Assembly (NCBI GenBank): GCA_964016885.1
Contig: OZ024740.1
Span: 19,902,001-19,966,000, forward strand
Origin: Eledone cirrhosa
Taxonomy: Eukaryota
Direction of reading: 5' to 3'
DNA length: 64,000 nt
The notes under the pieces were generated by a model that saw only the letters and a list, made by a program, of their open reading frames with translations, did no database searches and was not told where the DNA came from. Of this stretch, positions 55,501 through 64,000 are shown piece after piece (the stretch's first letter is position 1; every line of letters starts with the position of its first letter). A program made the position numbers and the translations under genes.

Positions 55501-58500
55501 TGTCCTTACAGCTGACAACTGATGCAGTGTCCCGACAGCTAACAACTGATGCAGTGTCTCGACAGCTAACAACTGATGCAGTGACCCGACAGCTAACAAC
55601 TGATGCAGTGATTCGACATCTAACCACTGATGCAGTGTCCTCTCGACAGCTAACAACTGATGCAGTGTCCTCCCGACAGCTAACAACTGATGCAGTGTCC
55701 TCTCGACAGCTAACAACTGATGCAGTGTCCTCTCGACAGCTAACAACTGATGATGTGTCTCGACAGCTAACAACTGATGCAGTGTCCTCTCGACAGCTAA
55801 CAACTGATGCAGTGTCCTCTCGACAGCTAACATCTGATGCAGTGTCTCGACAGCTAACAACTGATGCAGTGTCTCGACAGCTAACAACTGATGCAGTGTC
55901 TCGACAGCTAAACAACTGATGCAGTGTCTCGACAGCTAACAACTGATGCAGTGTCCTTCCGACAGCTAAAAACTAATGCAGTGTCCTCTCGTCAGCTAAC
56001 AACTGATGCAGTGTCTCGACAGCTAACAACTGATGCAGTGTCTCGACAGCTAACAACTGATGCAGTGTCCTCTCGACAGCTAACAACTGATGCAGTGTCC
56101 TCTCGACAGCTAACAACTGATGCAGTGTCTCAAGAGCTAACAACTGATGCAGTGTCCCGACAGCTAACAACTGATGCAGTGTCAGCTCGACAGCTAACAA
56201 CTGATGCAGTGTCCTCTCGACAGCTAACAACTGATGCAGTGCCTCGACAGCTAACAACTGATGTAGTGTCCTCTCGACAGCTAACAACCTATGCAGTGTC
56301 CCTACAGCTAACAACTGATGCAGTGTCTCGAAATCTAACCACTGATGCAGTGTCCCGACAGCTAACAACTGATGCAGTGTCCTCTCGACAGCTAACAACT
56401 GATGCAGTGTCCTGACAGCTGACAACTGATGCAGTGTCCCGACAGCTAACAACTGATGCAGTGTCTCGACAGCTAACAACTGATGCAGTGACCCGACAGC
56501 TAACAGCTGATGCAGTGATTCGACATCTAACCACTGATGCAGTGTCCTCTCGACAGCTAACAACTGATGCAGTGTCCTCCCGACAGCTAACAACTGATGC
56601 AGTGTCCCGACAGCTAACAACTGATGCAGTGTCTCGACAGCTAACAACTGATGCAGTGACCCGACAGCTAACAACTGATGCAGTGATTCGACATCTAACC
56701 ACTGATGCAGTGTCCTCTCGACAGCTAACAACTGATGCAGTGTCCTCCCGACAGATAACAACTGATGCAGTGTCCTCTCGAAAGCTAAAAACTGATGCAG
56801 TGTCCTCTCGACAGCTAACAACTGATGCAGTGTCCTCTCGACAGCTAACAACTGATGCAGTGTCCTCTCGACAGCTAACAACTGATGCAGTGTCCCGACA
56901 GCTAACAACTGATGCAGTGACCCGACAGCTAACAACTGATGCAGTGATTCGACATCTAACAACTGATGCAGTGTCCCAACAGCTAACAACTGATGCAGTG
57001 TCCTTTCGACAGCTAACAACTGATGCAGTGTCCCGATAGCTAACAACTGATGCAGTGTCCTCTCGACAGCTAACAACTGATGCAGTGTCCTCTCGACAGC
57101 TAACAACTGATGCAGTGTCCCGACAGCTAACAACTGATGCAGTGTCCTCTCGACAGCTAACAACTGATGCAGTGTCCCGACAGCTAACAACTGATGCAGT
57201 GTCCTCTCGACAGCTAACAACTGATGCAGTGTCCACGCAGGTAACAACTGATGCAGTGTCCTCTATACAGCTAACAACTGATGCAATGTCCTCTATACAG
57301 CTAACAACTTATGCAGTGTCCTCTCGACAGCTAACAACTGATGCAGTGTCCTCTCGACAGCTAACAACTGATGCAGTGTCCTCTCGACAGCTAACAACTG
57401 ATGCAGTGTCCCGACAGCTAACGACTGATGCAGTGTCTCGACATCTAACAACTGATGCAGTGTCCCAACAGCTAACAACTGATGCAGTGTCCTTTCGACA
57501 GCTAACAACTGATGCAGTGTCCCGATAGCTAACAACTGATGCAGTGTCCTCTCGACAGCTAACAACTGATGCAGTGTCCTCTCGACAGCTAACAACTGAT
57601 GCAGTGTCCCGACAGCTAACAACTGATGTAGTGTCCTCTCGACAGCTAACAACTGATGCAGTGTCCCGACAGCTAACAACTGATGCAGTGTCCTCTCGAA
57701 AGCTAACAACTGATGCAGTGTCCCGACAGCTAACAACTGATGCAGTGTCCCGACAGCTAACAACTGATGCAGTGTCTCGACAGCTAACAACTGATGCAGT
57801 GTCCTTCCGACAGCTAAACAACTGATGCAGTGTCCTTTCGACAGCTAAAAACTGATGCAGTGATTCGACATCTAACAACTGATGCAGTGTCCTCTCGACA
57901 GATAACAACTGATGCAGTGATTCGACAGCTAACAACTGATGCAGTGTCCTCTCGACAGCTAACAACTGATGCAGTGATTCGACATCTAACAACTGATACA
58001 GTGTCCTCTCGACAGCTAACAACTGATGCAGTGCTCAGACAGCTAACAACTGATGCAGTGTCCTCGCGACAGCTAACAACTGATGCAGTGTCCCGACAGC
58101 TAAAATCTGATGAGGTGTCTCGACAGCTAACAACTGATGCAGTGTCCTTTCGACAGCTAACAACTGATGCAGTGTCCTCTCGACAGCTAACAAAATATGC
58201 AGTTTCTTATCGACAGCTAACAACTGATGCAGTGTCCTCTCGACAGATAACAACTGATGCAGTGTCCTCTCGACAGCTAACAAATGATGCAGTGTTCCGA
58301 CAGCTAACAACTGATGCAGTGTCCCCTCGACAGCTAACAACTGATGCAGTGTCCCAACAGCTAACAACTGATACAGTGTCTCGACAGCTAACAACTGATG
58401 CAGTGTCCCGAAAGCTAACAACTGATGCAGTGTCTCGAGAAGCTAACAACTGATGCAGTGTCCCGAAAGCTAACAACTGATGAAGTGTCTAGACAGCTAA

Positions 58501-60850
58501 CAACTGATGCAGTGTCCCAACAGCTAACAACTGATGCAGTGTCCTCTCGACAGCAAACAACTGATGCAGTGTCCCGACAGCTAACAACTGATGCAGTGTC
58601 CCGACAGCTAACAACCGATGCAGTGTCCTCTCGACTGCTAACAACTGATGCAGTGTCCTCTCGACAGCTAACAACTGATGCAGTGTCTCAAGAGCTAACA
58701 ACTGATGCAGTGTCCCGACAGCTAACAACTGATGCAGTGTCAACTCGACAGCTAACAACTGCTGCAGTGTCCCGACAGCTAACAACTGATGCAGTGTCCC
58801 AACAGCTAACAACTGATGCAGTGTCCTCTCGACAGCTAACAACTGATGCAGTGTCTCGAAATCTAACAACTGATGCAGTGTCCCGACAGCTAACAACTGA
58901 TGCAGTGTCCTCTCGACAGCTAACAACTGATGCAGTGTCTTTACAGCTGACAACTGATGCAGTGTCCCGACAGCTAACAACTGATGCAGTGTCTCGACAG
59001 CTAACAACTGATGCAGTGACCCGACAGCTAACAACTGATGCAGTGATTCGACATCTAACCACTGATGCAGTGTCCTCTCGACAGCTAACAACTGATGCAG
59101 TGTCTCAAGAGCTAACAACTGATGCAGTGTCCCGACAGCTAACAACTGATGCAGTGTCAACTCGACAGCTAACAACTGCTGCAGTGTCCCGACAGCTAAC
59201 AACTGATACAGTGTCTCGACAGCTAACAACTGATGCAGTGTCCTCTCGACAGCTAACAACTGATGCAGTGTCCCAACAGCTAACAACTGATGCAGTGTCC
59301 TCTCGAAAGCTAAAAACTGATGCAGTGTCCTCTCGACAGCTAACAACTGATGCAGTGTCTCGAAATCTAACAACTGATGCAGTGTCCCGACAGCTAACAA
59401 CTGATGCAGTGTCCTCTCGACAGCTAACAACTGATGCAGTGTCCTTACAGCTGACCACTGATGCAGTGTCCCGACAGCTAACAACTGATGCAGTGTCTCG
59501 ACAGCTAACAACTGATGCAGTGACCCGACAGCTAACAACTGATGCAGTGATTCGACATCTAACCACTGATGCAGTGTCCTCTCGACAGCTAACAACTGAT
59601 GCAGTGTCCTCCCGACAGCTAACAACTGATGCAGTGTCCTCTCGACAGCTAACAACTGATGCAGTGTCCTCTCGACAGCTAACAACTGATGATGTGTCTC
59701 GACAGCTAACAACTGATGCAGTGTCCTCTCGACAGCTAACAACTGATGCAGTGTCCTCTCGACAGCTAACATCTGATGCAGTGTCTCGACAGCTAACAAC
59801 TGATGCAGTGTCTCGACAGCTAACAACTGATGCAGTGTCTCGACAGCTAAACAACTGATGCAGTGTCTCGACAGCTAACAACTGATGCAGTGTCCTTCCG
59901 ACAGCTAAAAACTAATGCAGTGTCCTCTCGTCAGCTAACAACTGATGCAGTGTCTCGACAGCTAACAACTGATGCAGTGTCTCGACAGCTAACAACTGAT
60001 GCAGTGTCCTCTCGACAGCTAACAACTGATGCAGTGTCCTCTCGACAGCTAACAACTGATGCAGTGTCTCAAGAGCTAACAACTGATGCAGTGTCCCGAC
60101 AGCTAACAACTGATGCAGTGTCAGCTCGACAGCTAACAACTGATGCAGTGTCCTCTCGACAGCTAACAACTGATGCAGTGCCTCGACAGCTAACAACTGA
60201 TGTAGTGTCCTCTCGACAGCTAACAACCTATGCAGTGTCCCTACAGCTAACAACTGATGCAGTGTCTCGAAATCTAACCACTGATGCAGTGTCCCGACAG
60301 CTAACAACTGATGCAGTGTCCTCTCGACAGCTAACAACTGATGCAGTGTCCTGACAGCTGACAACTGATGCAGTGTCCCGACAGCTAACAACTGATGCAG
60401 TGTTTCGACAGCTAACAACTGATGCAGTGACCCGACAGCTAACAGCTGATGCAGTGATTCGACATCTAACCACTGATGCAGTGTCCTCTCGACAGCTAAC
60501 AACTGATGCAGTGTCCTCCCGACAGCTAACAACTGATGCAGTGTCCCGACAGCTAACAACTGATGCAGTGTCTCGACAGCTAACAACTGATGCAGTGACC
60601 CGACAGCTAACAACTGATGCAGTGATTCGACATCTAACCACTGATGCAGTGTCCTCTCGACAGCTAACAACTGATGCAGTGTCCTCCCGACAGCTAACAA
60701 CTGATGCAGTGTCCTCTCGAAAGCTAAAAACTGATGCAGTGTCCTCTCGACAGCTAACAACTGATGCAGTGTCCTCTCGACAGCTAACAACTGATGCAGT
60801 GTCCTCTCGACAGCTAACAACTGATGCAGTGTCCCGACAGCTAACAACTG
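49540..60850 (+). repeat. Tandem higher-order repeat, about 2.9 copies of a 3738/3939-bp unit
   Basis: CGATAG ends 49851/53589/57528; +A insertion at 50140/53878/57817; CGAGAAG insertion at ~50761/~54499/~58438; second +A at 52146/55911/59850. Confidence 0.93.
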
Positions 60851-61679
60851 ATGCAGTGTCTCGACAGCTAACAACTGATGCAGTGTCTCGACAGCTAAAC
60901 AACTGATGCAGTGTCTCGACGGCTAACAACTGATGCAGTGTCCTTCCGACAGCTAAAAACTAATGCAGTGTCCTCTCGTCAGCTAACAACTGATGCAGTG
61001 TCCTCTCGACAGCTAACAACTGATGCAGTGTCCTCTCGACAGCTAACAACTGATGCAGTGTCCTCTCGACAGCTAACAACTGATGCAGTGTCTCGACAGC
61101 TAACAACTGATGCAGTGTCTCGAAAGCTAACAACTGATGCAGTGTCTCGACAGCTAACAACTGATGCAGTGATTCGACATCTAACAACTGATACAGTCTC
61201 CACGCAGGTAACAACTGATGCAGTGTCCTCTCGACAGGTAACAACTGATGAAGTGTCCTCTCGACAGCTAACAACTGATGCAATGTCCTCTATACAGCTA
61301 ACAACTTATGCAGTGTCCTCTCGACAGCTAACAACTGATGCAGTGTCCTCTCGACAGCTAACAACTGATGCAGTGTCCCGACAGCTAACAACTGATGCAG
61401 TGTCTCGACATCTAACAACTGATGCAGTGTCCCAATAGCTAACAACTGATGCAGTGTCCTTTCGACAGCTAACAACTGATGCAATGTCCTCTATACAGCT
61501 AACAACTTATGCAGTGTCCTCTCGACAGCTAACAACTGATGCAGTGTCTTCTCGACAGCTAACAACTGATGCAGTGTCTCGACAGCTAACAACTGATGCA
61601 GTGTCCACGCAGGTAACAACTGATGCAGTGTCCTCCCGACAGCTAACAACTTATGCAGTGTCCTCTTGACAGCTAACAA

Positions 61680-64000
61680 CTGATGCAATGTCCTCTATAC
61701 AGCTAACAAATTATGCAGTGTCCTCTCGACAGCTAACAACTGATGCAGTGTCCTCTCGACAGCTAACAACTGATGCAGTGTCCCGACAGCTAACAACTGA
61801 TGCAGTGTCTCGACATCTAACAACTGATGCAGTGTCCCAACAGCTAACAACTGATGCAGTGTCCTTTCGACAGCTAACAACTGATGCAGTGTCCCGATAG
61901 CTAACAACTGATGCAGTGTCCTCTCGACAGCTAACAACTGATGCAGTGTCCTCTCGACAGCTAACAACTGATGCAGTGTCCCGACAGCTAACAACTGATG
62001 CAGTGTCCTCTCGACAGCTAACAACTGATGCAGTCACCCGACAGCTAACAACTGATGCAGTGTCCTCTCGAAAGCTAACAACTGATGCAGTGTCCCGACA
62101 GCTAACAACTGATGCAGTGTCCCGACAGCTAACAACTGATGCAGTGTCTCGACAGCTAACAACTGATGCAGTGTCCTTCCGACAGCTAACAACTGATGCA
62201 GTGTCCTTTCGACAGCTAAAAACTGATACAGTGATTCGACATCTAACAACTGATGCAGTGTCCTCTCGACAGCTAACAACTGATGCAGTGATTCGACAGC
62301 TAACAACTGATGCAGTGTCCTCTCGACAGCTAACAACTGATGCAGTGATTCGACATCTAACAACTGATACAGTGTCCTCTCGACAGCTAATAACTGATGC
62401 AGTGCTCAGACAGCTAACAACTGATGCAGTGTCCTCGCGACAGCTAACAACTGATGCAGTGTCCCGACAGCTAATATCTGATGAGGTGTCTCGACAGCTA
62501 ACAACTGATGCAGTGTCCTCTCGGCAGCTAACAAAATATGCAGTTTCCTCTCGAGAGCTAACACCTGATGCAGTGTCCTTTCGACAGCTAACAACTGATG
62601 CAGTGTCCTCTCGACAGCTAACAAAATATGCAGTTTCTTATCGACAGCTAACAACTGATGCAGTGTCCTCCCGACAGATAACAACTGATGCAGTGTCCTC
62701 TCGACAGCTAACAAATGATGCAGTGTTCCGACAGCTAACAACTGATGCAGTGTCCCCTCGACAGCTAACAACTGATGCAGTGTCCCAACAGCTAACAACT
62801 GATACAGTGTCTCGACAGCTAACAACTGATGCAGTTTCCCGAAAGCTAACAACTGATGCAGTGTCTCGAGAAGCTAACAACTGATGCAGTGTCCCGAAAG
62901 CTAACAACTGATGAAGTGTCTAGACAGCTAACAACTGATGCAGTGTCCCAACAGCTAACAACTGATGCAGTGTCCTCTCGACAGCAAACAACTGATGCAG
63001 TGTCCCGACAGCTAACAACTGATGCAGTGTCCCGACAGCTAACAACTGATGCAGTGTCCTCTCGACTGCTAACAACTGATGCAGTGTCCTCTCGACAGCT
63101 AACAACTGATGCAGTGTCTCAAGAGCTAACAACTGATGCAGTGTCCCGACAGCTAACAACTGATGCAGTGTCAACTCGACAGCTAACAACTGATGCAGTG
63201 TCCTCTCGACAGCTAACAACTGATGCAGTGTCCTCTCGACAGCTAACAACCTATGCAGTGTCCCGACAGCTAACAACTGCTGCAGTGTCCCGACAGCTAA
63301 CAACTGATGCAGTGTCCTCTCGACAGCTAACAACTGATGCAGTGTCCTAACAGCTAACAACTGATGCAGTGTCCTCTCGAAAGCTAAAAACTGATGCAGT
63401 GTCCTCTCGACAGCTAACAACTGATGCAGTGTCTCGAAATCTAACAACTGATGCAGTGTCCCGACAGCTAACAACTGATGCAGTGTCTTCTCGACAGCTA
63501 ACAACTGATGCAGTGTCCTGACAGCTGACAACTGATGCAGTGTCCCGACAGCTAACAACTGATGCAGTGTCTCGACAGCTAACAACTGATGCAGTGACCC
63601 GACAGCTAACAACTGATGCAGTGATTCGACATCTAACCACTGATGCAGTGTCCTCTCGACAGCTAACAACTGATGCAGTGTCCTCCCGACAGCTAACAAC
63701 TGATGCAGTGTCCTCTCGAAAGCTAAAAACTGATGCAGTGTCCTCTCGACAGCTAACAACTGATGCAGTGTCTCGAAATCTAACAACTGATGCAGTGTCC
63801 CGACAGCTAACAACTGATGCAGTGTCCTCTCGACAGCTAAAAACTGATGCAGTGTCCTGACAGCTGACAACTGATGCAGTGTCCCGACAGCTAACAACTG
63901 ATGCAGTGTCTCGACAGCTAACAACTGATGCAGTGACCCGACAGCTAACAACTGATGCAGTGATTCGACATCTAACCACTGATGCAGTGTCCTCTCGACA
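61680..64000 (+). repeat. More diverged fourth relative of the 3.7-3.9 kb unit
   Basis: Shares CTCAGA, GATGAGGTG, TCTTAT, CGAGAAG (~62869) and CAGCAAACA markers in the same order (offset 4431 from the 58.4 kb copy). It lacks the +A insertion at ~62180 and has two extra monomers (~62520-62580). Confidence 0.85.

Larger units (their letters stand above)
1..64000 (+). repeat. Tandem minisatellite/satellite array of mixed 27-bp and 30-bp monomers, consensus CGACAGCTAACAACTGATGCAGTG-(TCC|TCT|TCCTCT); extends beyond both window ends
   Basis: Every line consists of head-to-tail copies of this unit in the same orientation, with no non-repeat insert seen. The 30-mer is 15/30 GC. There is one AluI site (AGCT) in most monomers and a TaqI site (TCGA) after TCT/ATT tails. 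Confidence 0.99.

Noticed and set aside
9-63979. All ORF-track entries as protein-coding genes (mucin, adhesin, leucine-rich or Cys-rich repeat proteins)
   Set aside because: They overlap on both strands in three frames and are pure translations of the monomer. They start and stop at sporadic variant monomers, have no unique domains, and are broken by stops and frameshifts that were themselves amplified.
1-64000. CRISPR array (conserved ~24-bp repeat with variable intervening bases)
   Set aside because: The variable part is only 3-6 bp drawn from a few related alleles, not unique 25-45 bp spacers. There is no leader and no cas gene in the window.
1-64000. Array of transcription-factor sites: E-box/MYB-like CAACTG in the core; auxin-response-like TGTCTC/TGTCCC and CCGACA at the junction
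   Set aside because: Short motifs are expected by chance in a 30-mer. The host is unknown, common variants destroy the motifs (CAACTT, AAACTG, ATT tail), and the spacing does not match the 7-8 bp inverted ARF arrangement.
1-64000. Telomeric repeat or a named satellite family (alpha satellite, CENP-B box, CEN180)
   Set aside because: There are no G-rich telomere motifs, no CENP-B box and no similarity that I can recognise. Family identity needs a Dfam/Repbase/BLAST search.
1-64000. Purely artefactual sequence (rolling-circle or concatemer read, or synthetic construct)
   Set aside because: Variants are inherited in hierarchical, collinear blocks with gradual domain turnover, which random error or simple concatemerisation would not produce. 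Individual block duplications still need read validation.
1-64000. Ice-binding/ice-nucleation or TALE-like coded repeat protein
   Set aside because: There is no TxT ladder or AGYGST motif. The 9-10 aa unit is far shorter than TALE/PPR repeats, and variation is not confined to specificity positions.
1-64000. Hidden insertion, inversion, tRNA/rRNA or mobile element within the array
   Set aside because: Reading through the window found no break in monomer phase larger than 4 bp and no reverse-orientation monomers. The ORF translations are continuous repeat throughout.

Overview
The whole 64 kb window is one uninterrupted, single-orientation tandem array (minisatellite/satellite DNA, about 50% GC). 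It holds roughly 2,250 monomers (64,000 / ~28.5 bp; estimated, not counted) and runs off both ends of the window. Each monomer is a conserved 24-bp core, CGACAGCTAACAACTGATGCAGTG, plus a variable tail of 3 bp (TCC, TCT, ATT, ACC, TAC; 27-mer) or 6 bp (TCCTCT, TCCTTC, TCCTTT; 30-mer). I found no unique sequence, transposon, RNA gene, CRISPR spacer or strand inversion. The many long ORFs (RQLTTDAVS(S) on +; LHQLLAVE(R)T and DTASVVSCR(E) on -) follow from stop-free monomers whose lengths are multiples of 3, and are not supported as genes. The real information is in the order of variant monomers. It records nested, non-uniform higher-order duplications with periods of about 57, 87, 90, 180, 489, 1237, 1278, 2814, 2886, 3318, 3738/3939, 4179, 4800, 5564 and 6510 bp, three marker-defined domains, and a degenerate transition zone at about 47.9-49.4 kb. 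The organism cannot be identified from the sequence; a eukaryotic long-read assembly is likely (inference). I cannot support a new gene system here. The most testable oddities are strong length-mod-3 conservation with a + frame broken almost only by CAG>TAG over the first 48 kb, and a dyad that brackets the variable site.
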